Shown here one piece after another: positions 17,276-27,500 of a stretch of 64,000 bases of DNA; positions within the stretch are counted from its first letter, which is position 1; each line of letters begins with the position of its first letter. The position numbers and the translations under genes are program-made. The stretch is taken from positions 84,961 through 148,960 of the IMG/VR virus record IMGVR_UViG_3300049216_000317; one strand, given 5' to 3'. The notes under the pieces were generated by a model. That model searched no databases, was not told the DNA's origin, and was given only the letters and a program-made list of their open reading frames with translations. Source of the stretch: a virus (taxonomy: Duplodnaviria > Heunggongvirae > Uroviricota > Caudoviricetes).

Positions 17276-20200
17276 TTAGATCAAGTAGAAGCTGGTTCCG
17301 TCGCAAACCATGGTTAATGATTCGTACTGAACGGTGATGACCTGGGTGACGGCGCCGTCGCAAAGTTGGCCGCCAGTTGTGTTAATGGTAAGTGTATTGG
17401 TCGTTGAATCTGTCTTTTTAAAGACGAATACTCGACCAGCACATGTTGAAGCTGAAGGAAGCGTCGCAACCAAGTTTCCAGATGAACAATTGAACAAAAG
17501 AACGTTGTCTGCGGAAACGACGTTATAGTTCAACGATTTTGTCGAGATCGTCATCGCATAGAGCGCATTTGTTCCAGGCGGCCCAGCCTGTCCTGGAGGT
17601 CCCTGTGGTCCAACTTCACCACCGCCGCCACCGCCAGCAGATCCACCTCCGCCTGCGTTCACTCGGAATTCAAGAACGTCACCCACGACAAGGTTTCTTA
17701 AAATCTGAATCTGATCACTTGCGGTTTCAGCTGTTCCAACTTCGGCCCAATCAATTCCTAGACGTAGGTACTGACCATTGAGATAGAGAAGAAGCGCGCC
17801 TGCTCCGACGGTATAATACTCTTGAACATCGCTAATACGAGTGTTTGGAGGCAGCGTAATTACTGTTCCAGAAACGACCGGACCAACAATTTCATTTGCT
17901 GGAACTGAGGCACCAGAAGTTCCATCGTTGCCGATCAGAGACCAAACGGGATAGTGTTGGGGATTTGTAGGTTCTTGAGTCCAACTTGTTCCATTGGTGC
18001 TTCTGTAATACCATGTGCCTGGGTTCGGAGTGTTGGCACAGGTCGCGTACAGCGCAGGTCCGCCAGAAATATTCGAGGTGTTTAGTACCCACCAATAAGT
18101 TCCAGCAGGAAGTGTCGGAGAAGATGCCCATGTGAATTGCTGACCATTGGTCTGAAGGCCATCGCCTGCCATATTCGGATAGGGCAGAAGCTGACTAGCG
18201 TTCAAAGAAAGTGTCGTCGTTCCAGAAATGAGAGTCCCCGGACCGCTTCCGGTATCGGTATAAATGGAACAATTCATCGTTCCACTCGACGTACCTAATT
18301 CATTATAAATCAGCATCGTCGACTTATCGAGGATGGTTGAGTTCGCGAGTGTGAATCTGAAAGCGTTATAATGGTTATCGCCATCAAAACCGCTAATGTC
18401 GGGCTCAAAAACTTGAGAAACATCAACGCCAGTCAAATATCCCGTTACAGAATAAATACCGCGCTTAGTAAATGACTGATAGCTCAGCCATCCGCTTGAG
18501 CCGTTCAAGGCATCCCATTGGTAAAGGCCGTTGCTTGTGCCCGTTCCCTCGGCAACGGACCATTTCCAGTCCGTACCGACGATCACAAACCAGTAAGCTC
18601 CTGGCTGCAAAACAACCGGAGTCGAGAAGTTAAATGACGTTCCCTTTCCTGACAGCGTGTCGCCCGATGTGTATGGGCCGTTCGGAAGCGAAGTTGCTGC
18701 GACGGTATTGGATGCGGTTCCCACAGTGTTCGTCGGGCATCCGCCGTTTCCATTTCGATCAGTGTAAATCTGAGCATAGAAACTGCCCGTGCCGCTCTGA
18801 TTGTAAAGCAAAGCATTAAACTGAGTAATTGTCGTAGGACTTGCGATCTCGACACGGTAGGCGACAGATGTCGCTCCGCTTGAATATTCAGTTGAAAAAT
18901 TCTCGCCACCAGTTGGCGTGGTGTAACTGTAGAGAACAGCTGGAGTTGATCCGCCTGAACTTGCGACGACACTCATTGGCTCGTCATAGTTAGGTTCGTC
19001 AAGGCCTTCTACGATGTTGTAAAGAGCACCGTCGAGTTTTTTAATCGCGAGAGTAAGGCTGTCGCCGTCGTTAATGAAGCTGTTACCGACACCCGTGCCT
19101 GCTTGCGTTTCCACAATAGCAAAGGGTGAAGGCATGTTAAAGTTCGCAGCCGCAACAGTCGCACCGGCAGAATTATTTTTAACCGTAACGACAGCGCCAC
19201 TAACTGAAGTCGTGAAATCGTTCGGAGTAAGTCCGCCAAGGGCCGAAGCATAGGCTGTAGCAACTTGGGCCGCAGTCATTCCAGTTGTTAAATCAACTGG
19301 GATACCAACCCGGCCCGGAGCCATCGGATCATTGTTTGCTCCACCGATATTAGCCCAAACGTAATAAAGACGCGTGTTCGCAGACGAGTTGATTTCGAAA
19401 TATTGGCCCGACGTCAACGTTGAAGCGGCACCAAACGTCAAAGTTTGGATCAGAGGAACAGATCCAGGATTCAATGCCGAAACATAGCCAGGAGCATACG
19501 CCGAAAGCGTGGGAGATCCGACATACTTAAGAAGCTCATCTGGAACTTCTCCGCCGATGTCTTCTGATTCACCTTGCGTAAGCTCTGAGCTTAAAAAGCG
19601 AACGTAAACGCGTGCAGCGCCCGTATTGTCTGAACGAAGCAAGAACCAGAAATAATTCTCGCCTTGCGGAACAGAGCCACGATCGGCAATTTGAATGTCG
19701 CGGTTTGTGCTCGGAGAAGCAGCAGCTTGATAGCTTCCATAAGAGTATTGTGATTGAAGGCCCGCAACGCCTGTCGATGTCTCAGCAAAATTCGATGTAA
19801 GGGTAACTTGCGTGAGAGAGTCGACTGTTGAAATCTGGTAAAAACCAGCAGAAGTGTCTGAGGAAAGCTTAATCCAGTCGCCAGATTGCAAAGGCGCCGT
19901 CCATGCAACACTTCCTACTGAGGTAACAGTCGGCGAGCCGTTGGTCCAAATCAAAGAAGGCGTGATTGCTTGGTTGCGAACTAAGTTAAGGTATGCGACT
20001 TCGTTGTCTGCCAGTGTGATGTCAGTCGAGGTCGGATTGGCCAGTAATTTATAAGAAATTTCAGAGCCGATGACGCGGATGTAAATATCCTGGTCCCAGT
20101 TCACTTGGCCAATGGCGGTTGGGGTTTCGCCATCTGACGGCAAAACACCATGCGCGATCGAGCCTTTTCCGGTGATAACCGTGTTGCCTAAATCTTCGCG

Positions 20201-21019
20201 CAAGCTTTGAGTTGAACCCGAAGAAGATGTCGAGAACCAATAGGTGGTTCCCTTGATCTCTTGGATTGAACTCATGATCGCGTTCATCCAGTCCTTCAAC
20301 GTACCGATGGCTTTGTCACCACCAGAGAACGGATCAGAACTGTTTGAAGTTGAGCTTACCGGATTTTGCGTGCGTCCTTCGGGCCAAGTGTATTGGTAAA
20401 AAGGATTTGGGCTATAGCCGCCTGCGCCCAAACTGAACATGTTCCAGCGCGCATCGGTAATTTCAGTTACGTTATTAGATGCGTCAGTGACAACAACGGC
20501 AAGGGGCAAATATTGCGAGGTCGGAACCGTAGTCGTGATGTTCAGCGTATAGCTTAACACGAGCGCGCGCGGGGTGATCTTGGTCGTTTCGGTATTCTGC
20601 GTTGGGTCCCAGAAGTAAGTCTGGGCATCGGTCGTGTCGTCAGCTAGACGTTGGTACTCAAGAGAAACATAGTTAATAGCGTTTGGGGTGAAAGCGCCAT
20701 TTACGATCGTGTTAGTAGCCGAATTGAGGGTTTGAACAGGTGTTCCCGTAGGAACCAAATAAAACGTACCAGATTGGCTTGAAGAAACATGGAAGATCGC
20801 GCCTGGATCAACCTCGACCTGCAACGAGGACGCTGCGCCTCCGATGGCCGAAGCCATGACGATATTAAAGCCACGAAGGACGTAACCCTGCGTAGGGCCA
20901 GTAACAAACGATTGAATAAGGGTATCAAAGTCAGCAGAAGCTGCGGATTCGATTGAGCGAAGGTCAGGAACGTCGACCCGTTGCTCTGAAAGTAAATTTA
21001 CACGTCGTTGTACGCTCAT
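17276..21019 (-). CDS. large modular tail / fibre protein (1247 aa)
   Basis: Tandem beta modules, a poly-G linker and a short collagen-like GPQGPPGQAGPPG run. Confidence 0.7.
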   Translation of the reverse strand: MSVQRRVNLLSEQRVDVPDLRSIESAASADFDTLIQSFVTGPTQGYVLRGFNIVMASAIGGAASSLQVEVDPGAIFHVSSSQSGTFYLVPTGTPVQTLNSATNTIVNGAFTPNAINYVSLEYQRLADDTTDAQTYFWDPTQNTETTKITPRALVLSYTLNITTTVPTSQYLPLAVVVTDASNNVTEITDARWNMFSLGAGGYSPNPFYQYTWPEGRTQNPVSSTSNSSDPFSGGDKAIGTLKDWMNAIMSSIQEIKGTTYWFSTSSSGSTQSLREDLGNTVITGKGSIAHGVLPSDGETPTAIGQVNWDQDIYIRVIGSEISYKLLANPTSTDITLADNEVAYLNLVRNQAITPSLIWTNGSPTVTSVGSVAWTAPLQSGDWIKLSSDTSAGFYQISTVDSLTQVTLTSNFAETSTGVAGLQSQYSYGSYQAAASPSTNRDIQIADRGSVPQGENYFWFLLRSDNTGAARVYVRFLSSELTQGESEDIGGEVPDELLKYVGSPTLSAYAPGYVSALNPGSVPLIQTLTFGAASTLTSGQYFEINSSANTRLYYVWANIGGANNDPMAPGRVGIPVDLTTGMTAAQVATAYASALGGLTPNDFTTSVSGAVVTVKNNSAGATVAAANFNMPSPFAIVETQAGTGVGNSFINDGDSLTLAIKKLDGALYNIVEGLDEPNYDEPMSVVASSGGSTPAVLYSYTTPTGGENFSTEYSSGATSVAYRVEIASPTTITQFNALLYNQSGTGSFYAQIYTDRNGNGGCPTNTVGTASNTVAATSLPNGPYTSGDTLSGKGTSFNFSTPVVLQPGAYWFVIVGTDWKWSVAEGTGTSNGLYQWDALNGSSGWLSYQSFTKRGIYSVTGYLTGVDVSQVFEPDISGFDGDNHYNAFRFTLANSTILDKSTMLIYNELGTSSGTMNCSIYTDTGSGPGTLISGTTTLSLNASQLLPYPNMAGDGLQTNGQQFTWASSPTLPAGTYWWVLNTSNISGGPALYATCANTPNPGTWYYRSTNGTSWTQEPTNPQHYPVWSLIGNDGTSGASVPANEIVGPVVSGTVITLPPNTRISDVQEYYTVGAGALLLYLNGQYLRLGIDWAEVGTAETASDQIQILRNLVVGDVLEFRVNAGGGGSAGGGGGGEVGPQGPPGQAGPPGTNALYAMTISTKSLNYNVVSADNVLLFNCSSGNLVATLPSASTCAGRVFVFKKTDSTTNTLTINTTGGQLCDGAVTQVITVQYESLTMVCDGTSFYLI

Positions 21020-21057
21020 TGCCAGCCTTCAGAAGTTAAAATAGCGGTCTTTTCTAT

Positions 21058-21063
21058 AAGATT
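21058..21063 (-). promoter_or_regulatory. putative late promoter motif AATCTT
   Basis: ATAATCTTATAG, 38 nt upstream of the ATG at 21019. Confidence 0.5.
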
Positions 21064-21115
21064 ATGACCACCTCACTATTCCTATATCAGGGCCTTTGGC
21101 GTGAAATTTCTCGGC

Positions 21116-21121
21116 AATCTT
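21116..21121 (+). promoter_or_regulatory. putative late promoter motif AATCTT
   Basis: GCAATCTTAATGATATAG, 26 nt upstream of the ATG at 21148. Confidence 0.55.
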
Positions 21122-21147
21122 AATGATATAGCTATTATGGGAGGGTT

Positions 21148-21555
21148 ATGGGCAGAAGCCGAAATACCCGGTCAGACAAGGAATTCTCCAAAGAACAGAA
21201 GCTTGCTCACGAAAACCGTGAACTACGCAAGGCGCTCGCCAAATTGCGTAAAAAGCTAGATCGTATGGACCATGAGGCCCACGAAGAAATTCAAGAGGTA
21301 CTTGAAGAAGCCCAAGCTGCCGAGCGCCAAGCTGAGCAAGAAAATGAAAAAAAGCCTATTAGCATTCGCTGCGACGACTGCGGTAAAGGCAATTTAGCTA
21401 TTTTCCAATATCAAAAAATCACCGAACCCATGTGCTATTGGCAGTGCGGCCTATGCGGATACCGGACTAAATCGCAAGTTTTTGTTCCGGAAGGAGACAA
21501 TCGTCCCAAATTAGCGCCGCTGGTGACCCAAATTGTGTCTAAAGTACGAAAATAA
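21148..21555 (+). CDS. coiled-coil plus Zn-ribbon protein
   Basis: GGGAGG RBS; CDDC and CGLC motifs. Confidence 0.7.
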   Translation: MGRSRNTRSDKEFSKEQKLAHENRELRKALAKLRKKLDRMDHEAHEEIQEVLEEAQAAERQAEQENEKKPISIRCDDCGKGNLAIFQYQKITEPMCYWQCGLCGYRTKSQVFVPEGDNRPKLAPLVTQIVSKVRK

Positions 21556-21617
21556 AAGGGCAATTAGGCCTTAATTTTGACCTGGACCTGCCGATAAGTT
21601 TGCATACAGGAGGACGT

Positions 21618-22016
21618 ATGCGGATTTTAGTGGGTCTTTTGATATTTTTCGTAGCGTTTCAGGTTGAGGCGAAGAATTTGACCGTGGTCGAGTATAAGCA
21701 AATTCGCTTCACGAATGCGTGCGTTGGTGCTGCCAACATAATTTCGTCGTATTTCAAGGGAGGCATCCCATTGCAATATATGGGTGCATCCGAAAAGTTG
21801 TGCGAAAAACAAGCCGATGCCATTCCGACAACAGAATGGAAAACGATGATGCATACCTCTGAACGTGGTTGCCTGACTGCATTTGCCAAATTGATGCCTA
21901 AGAATCTTCCTCAAGACAAAGTAGCCAAGGTTGCTGATGATAGTTGCCGAGGTGCTGTATCTGTAGATCAGCGCTTGTATAATGAAGATATTCAACTTAT
22001 GGCCAAAGACAAATAA
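21618..22016 (+). CDS. secreted four-Cys protein
   Basis: AGGAGG RBS; MRILVGLLIFFVAFQVEA signal peptide; four Cys. Confidence 0.65.
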   Translation: MRILVGLLIFFVAFQVEAKNLTVVEYKQIRFTNACVGAANIISSYFKGGIPLQYMGASEKLCEKQADAIPTTEWKTMMHTSERGCLTAFAKLMPKNLPQDKVAKVADDSCRGAVSVDQRLYNEDIQLMAKDK

Positions 22017-22025
22017 GGGGGACGC

Positions 22026-22493
22026 ATGTTAGAACTTATTATTTCATTGATTCTTAGCGGCCTTTCGACCCCTACAAACATTGATGCAAAAGTTGGTGAA
22101 CGCCTTGATCCAAACGCAGCCTTGACGCTAGAGCAAATTGAAGCGAATCCTATGGCTACAAGTGTTTACAAGGGTTGCGCAAAGGGAATGTCAGCCTATG
22201 CTGTGGGGGAGTCCGATGACGGACTTCAAGCTTCAGCCGACCCGGTAATTGCTCACGACCTAGCGACCAATATAGGGAAATACTGTACGCAATTTGTAAC
22301 GAAATTTCGAAATGCAGGGAATATGGCTCACACGCAGAATCCAGAAAAGGATGGCTGTCGAGACGGTGTCATTGCTTTCATGCGATCACAAAGAATTCAG
22401 ATTTACCAATGGAATCCGAAGGCAGATCTTTACTGTGACGTTAAGCCCGATCCAAAGCAAACAGTGGCAGCAATCCAGAAAATTGGACCGTAA
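22026..22493 (+). CDS. secreted four-Cys protein
   Basis: Hydrophobic N-terminus MLELIISLILSGLS; four Cys. Confidence 0.65.
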   Translation: MLELIISLILSGLSTPTNIDAKVGERLDPNAALTLEQIEANPMATSVYKGCAKGMSAYAVGESDDGLQASADPVIAHDLATNIGKYCTQFVTKFRNAGNMAHTQNPEKDGCRDGVIAFMRSQRIQIYQWNPKADLYCDVKPDPKQTVAAIQKIGP

Positions 22494-22863
22494 TGTGGTA
22501 AACGCCTTTTGCGGCAGCAGAATGAGATTCTTTGATAATCTTTGCGTAGGGAAGCGAAATAATATCTTCGCCCGACTGACGATCGTGGACCCGCAACTGG
22601 ATATACGGGGATGCACCAATGTCGGTAAACAGGGGACGAAGGTTCTTCGCTTGCAATCCGCCGCTGTTTTTCTGGCGAATCAGCGTCATTGAGCCTGAAA
22701 CTGAAACTTGCGTCGCTGCAATTTCTTGCGGATAAGGCGAATCAATTCCACGAATCTCTTGCTCCCCATAATCAACCTCAAAGTTGACCGACTGGACTTC
22801 TTTTAAAACTGCGTTATTAGCATAAACGACGATATTCGCGCCAACTAAAGAAAATTGCGGCAT
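22441..22863 (-). CDS. tail-tube-like / baseplate tube initiator protein
   Basis: 140 aa; VQSVNFEVDYG.QEIRGIDS.YPQEI...VSGSM tube-protein pattern; baseplate context. Confidence 0.55.
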   Translation of the reverse strand: MPQFSLVGANIVVYANNAVLKEVQSVNFEVDYGEQEIRGIDSPYPQEIAATQVSVSGSMTLIRQKNSGGLQAKNLRPLFTDIGASPYIQLRVHDRQSGEDIISLPYAKIIKESHSAAAKGVYHITVQFSGLLPLFALDRA

Positions 22864-24509
22864 TACTCACCCCAAATCGTAGAGATCTCTGAAAACACGG
22901 TTCCTGCCTTACCTAAACCAATGTCACCGGGGTAAAGGACCGTGAAAACAACGTTAATGCCGGTTGCCGCAATAGAATTAATCAAATCCTGCGCATAAGT
23001 TCGCCCGTCGACAACGCCCGTTAAATAAAAAGCATAATCTGTTCCGTCTTGGGCAACGGTGACGGGTGATTTATAAACGTAAGCAACGTCTTCGCCCGTC
23101 GGATGAACATTTTGAATGTTGTACGCTGGCGAAATTAAGAGCGTGTTGTCGGACGGACGCGCAATGTAAGGAATCGGACCTTCTTGTCTTTGCGTTCCGT
23201 AGCCCAAGACAATGTACCCTGTCGCATCTGGGAAAGAAGTCGAATCATTGACTGCAATGACTTTCGTAGAATTTGCATTCACTTGTTGCGCAAGCGTCGT
23301 TCCGATTGCTGAAATTGTAAAAGCCTGACTTAAATCGTAAGCGTATGGACCTTGCTGGTCCGGCAAAAGCGAAAGAGGGTCTGTTGGATCGTGAATATGC
23401 GCAGAGCCAATCCGATCACGGCGAATTACTTTAGTTGCTGCTGGCAAAAAGATTTCGAGTAATCTGTTTTCGACTTGATATACAGCTGCATAGGTTTTCT
23501 GACTTGCAATTGTTTTACGAGCAGGATTGTAGAACAGAATCGCACTGTCCGTACCTTGAGTGACAATGCCAGATGTCCCGAGCGGATTAGAAACTTCGAA
23601 ATACGCTTCGCCTGCAACGCCACCAATGGCATCGGTAATGGTAAAAGTTCCTTCGTTGTCTGACGAAGTAAAACCGCCTCCATAAATATTAACGTAGTTG
23701 CCGATTGAAATATAACCAAGGTTAGGGTTTGCGCCACCAGTCCAGGTAAAACGAACAACGCCACCTGGACGAAGCGAAAGGGTCCACTGAGTTGAAGCGT
23801 TACCTCCGGCGGCTACAGATGCGGCAAAACGAAGCTCGTTCTGGGCTCTTCCCCCGAAGACGGTTACAGAAGACGCCGGACCAATTGTGTCCGAAAGGAT
23901 CTCCACATAGTTACCGTTTCCGTTATTATTGGCAACGGCAGTGCCAGTCAGACCTTGGTTACGCAATGATTTGGTGATCGAGTCAGCTACTTCTTGAGCA
24001 GTCGCTGCGGCGATTGAACCAAACTGTGATGCCGCAAAGGTAATGGTGGCATTTGACTGAAGACTATCAAAGTTCAAAATCAGTGTGTCGCCATCTTGCA
24101 AATTATAGGGCTCGTAAGCTGTCGAATCATTTTGTGCCCGAACAAGCTCATCGCCAAAAATAGCGTCCAGCAAATTGTTAATCAGATCCCGAACCTGCTT
24201 ACGATTTTTTACCTGAATACCGATTTGGCGAAAGACGTCATCCGACAAACCAAGATTCGAAGGCGACGTAATTCCATACTGCGCTAGACGATCTGCCAAG
24301 TATTGGCCTGATGCCGTCGCAATATAAAGCTGATCGTTCACCGCTCGGATGTTATTGATCAGATAAGACGAACTGGCGCTCGCGAGAGCGTTTAAAACCG
24401 CGTCCGTATTCTTACCCTTGATGGCTGGGTTCAAATATGAACGAAGTCGCTTGTACTCAATTTCCTGAGTCGCGATGCCAGTTGTGGTTGGCGTAGCCGT
24501 CGTTGCCAT
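22863..24509 (-). CDS. baseplate wedge protein
   Basis: ATASGQYLADRLAQYGI...LSDDVFR pattern of wedge (gpI/gp7-like) proteins; follows the J-like gene. Confidence 0.6.
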   Translation of the reverse strand: MATTATPTTTGIATQEIEYKRLRSYLNPAIKGKNTDAVLNALASASSSYLINNIRAVNDQLYIATASGQYLADRLAQYGITSPSNLGLSDDVFRQIGIQVKNRKQVRDLINNLLDAIFGDELVRAQNDSTAYEPYNLQDGDTLILNFDSLQSNATITFAASQFGSIAAATAQEVADSITKSLRNQGLTGTAVANNNGNGNYVEILSDTIGPASSVTVFGGRAQNELRFAASVAAGGNASTQWTLSLRPGGVVRFTWTGGANPNLGYISIGNYVNIYGGGFTSSDNEGTFTITDAIGGVAGEAYFEVSNPLGTSGIVTQGTDSAILFYNPARKTIASQKTYAAVYQVENRLLEIFLPAATKVIRRDRIGSAHIHDPTDPLSLLPDQQGPYAYDLSQAFTISAIGTTLAQQVNANSTKVIAVNDSTSFPDATGYIVLGYGTQRQEGPIPYIARPSDNTLLISPAYNIQNVHPTGEDVAYVYKSPVTVAQDGTDYAFYLTGVVDGRTYAQDLINSIAATGINVVFTVLYPGDIGLGKAGTVFSEISTIWGE

Positions 24510-24511
24510 AG

Positions 24512-27500
24512 TTAGTTCCCGTTAATCGAAACCGAGATGTCTGAAATCGAATCGATGATGCGGGCCTTTTCTTTTGCCGCCAAATTGATGATGTCATTTG
24601 TCGTGCTGTAATTCGGGCTTGAAATCGAAACAGCCGTGATACCCGGAATCGCATTGACTGCGGAAACGATCGCCGAGATAGCGATTGCCTGACCGACAGG
24701 ATTCGAGTTGATAAGAGCTTGGATCGAAGATCGAACCTGGCTGACCGCTTGAGCAAACGGAACACCCGTAGCTGTACGAATCACTAACGAAACCTGGATA
24801 CGTTTTGTTAACGGAGCTTTCGTGAAAATCTCGGCACCTGCTGCCGCAACGCCCGGATAAGTTGTCGGATCGCGAGGATCGCCGTAAACGATACGATTGG
24901 CTTCTGCAATCAATCCAGTGTTGTAAGAATACGAATCCAATCCTTGTTTCAAAATCGTTGAATAGTTCATCTTATTTTGAGAAACCATTTCGACAGAAGC
25001 CGATTGGTTGATCTTTTCGTACTGAGCATTGGTATCAGTGACAATCATCGTGCGATTCGTAGTTCCCGGCTGTGCAGCAACTAAGTAAACGTGTTTGTAT
25101 CCGTAGTAAGGAGATGCTTCGAGAACATAAACCGATGATTCGACGCCGTTTAAGCTTGCATTGCTTACTGCGACCATCACACCTTTGACGATGATATTAT
25201 CTCGGTCAATAACCTGATTGATCGAATAAGACCCGGCATTTTTCGTGCCCAGAGTCGCTCCAGTTACAACGAATTGATCTCCTGCAACAGTCGCCTCGTA
25301 TTCCGAGAACTGAAGTTGTGGGCGATGAACTTGAAGAACATTGGATACGAAAACAGTTGATTGGTTAACGGCAGAAGGATTGATCGCCTCAATGAATGTG
25401 CGACGGCCTGATTGAGTTACGTTTACAATAAACGCAGCAGGCATCGTACCAGCAGTAGCCGACGCAGTTTCTTGATAGCCAGTTGTCGTAACAGTCACCA
25501 CGTTGCCAGAAGCAGACGACGTGAAGCCTGACGTTGCAGTCAGGGCGGCAGATGCTTTGGCCGCAACATTAGTTGAAGAATCGCCAGTTAAAATATTGAC
25601 CTGAACGCCCGTGTGACCAGCTGGAGCGGGATCGGTGTTTGCTCCGGTATTGAACCAAACGTAATACTGAGTTACGTTACCAGCAGTGTTAATCAAGAAG
25701 TATTGGCCCGCGCCAGTAGTCGAGAATGCAGATCCAGAAGGCATCAAAAGCTGAGTCACTTGCTGAAGTTTAGCGCCTGAACGAAGGACCATGAATGATC
25801 CCTGGTTGCCGGTCGCAAAATCTGTGCCAAAAGTGATCACATCGCCCATTTGCGCATTTTGCAGCGATGGCTCAGTACCAACACCATTCCAATTAAGGTA
25901 AATATCTTTGTTGGTTGCCGAGATTTTGAAAGACGTTGTGGAGTCGTAGCCCAAAGATACAGAGTTCAAAGGCAGCGTGACTTCTTCTTCGACCACATTG
26001 ACGTTTTCAAACCAGATAGCGCCATCGTAACGTCGAATAATGCGGAATGTGCCTTGGTTTAAAACGTTGAACGGAGATGAAACGACCAAGCTATCGCCTT
26101 CGCCCACTTGAGTGATGGCCGAGAACGTCGAACTTGAATAAGCAGATCCAGAAACGGTTGATCCGCTCACTGTGACTGCTGAGCTAGTCGTAGAAAGCGC
26201 CATCGAAGAGCCAACATTTTGTGCCGTAATGGTAACTACGTCACCGCTTACCGATGATGTTACGCCCGACAAAGTTCCCGCAACTGCGGAGAAGTTTGCT
26301 GCGGTTGCGATATTGTTGACACCAATTGCGAATCCAGTACCAGCAACCAAAGTTTGGCCATTAACGCCGAACTGATCCCCCGCTGTCGGATTCGAATTGA
26401 ACGTAAATGTTCCAGAAGAGTATTGGTTCGATCCGCTCGGGTTTTGAACCTGCAAAGTCGTGCCGTCATCCGATACGCCAGTAACAAGGAACGTTCCGTT
26501 GTTTCCGGAATTTGCCATGCCCGAGACAGTTACGAGATCGCCAATTGAAAGTTCACCGAAACCAGCTGCGCCAGTCAGAATCACATATTGGAAATCGTTT
26601 GTTCCTGTGACAGAAACAACGTTTAGCGTTCCGCCCGCCGAAGTATTAAAATTGACGTTCTTATGAAACTTGGGATCAGTTCCTTGGCCGTTCCAGCTAA
26701 GGCAAACAAGAGATCCTTGTTTTTCGATACGGAACGTGAGGCCCTGCGTGCGAACATGATTGCGTGGCTTGCCGAAGTTACGCTGAGTCAGCGTGCGTCC
26801 GGTTAAAGTAATTTGCGCAGTCGAACTTGAAGGAACCACAGCAATCGTCGTATTTGACGAAAAGAGTGTTTGTTTTTGCTGAGTATTCAATGCTGACAAA
26901 CGGAACCATTGATCCGCCTGAACGGATTGCGCGGCAATCGAATTGGCGCTAATTTGCATATAAGTATTGTCGTAACGAACCGCCGAATCCAAAACCGGAA
27001 CCGAATATTCATTAGCTGCGCCACCGATGATTTGGATAGAACCGCTGCTTCCGAGAGTATCAGTTGCAAGTTCAATTTGCTTTTCACGGTTAACCAACTT
27101 CACAGTTCCGACGGTCGTGAAACCAGTCACGCCAAGGATCGAAATGAAGCGAGCAACTTGCTCCATCGTGGTAGGAATCAAGCGCACTTCTTCGCCGTTA
27201 TTGAACGTGTATCCGACGTCCGATGTTAGAGTAAGCGGAACTTTTAAAGTAAACTGGGGGCTTCCGCTAATGTCGCTTGAAGCAATCCAGTTAATCCCGT
27301 CCTTGAGTTGAACAGTTGAGTATGTGAATCCGCTATCTTCATATGTGCTGAGCACGATTGCTCCGGAGCCAGCCGTTCCACCGTCGTTTACGATAGTTGA
27401 AGTCACATAATTAGAGAGGTTTGCGTTGACGTAAGTGTTGATGTCCGACGCAAGCGTAGTTGACGAAGCATAAAACACGATTGCCCCATTGACCACCGTA

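Noticed and set aside
6625-21019. Diversity-generating retroelement or shufflon acting on the fibres
   Set aside because: No reverse transcriptase, no TR/VR pair differing only at adenines, all fibre genes on one strand, and no flanking inverted sites seen.
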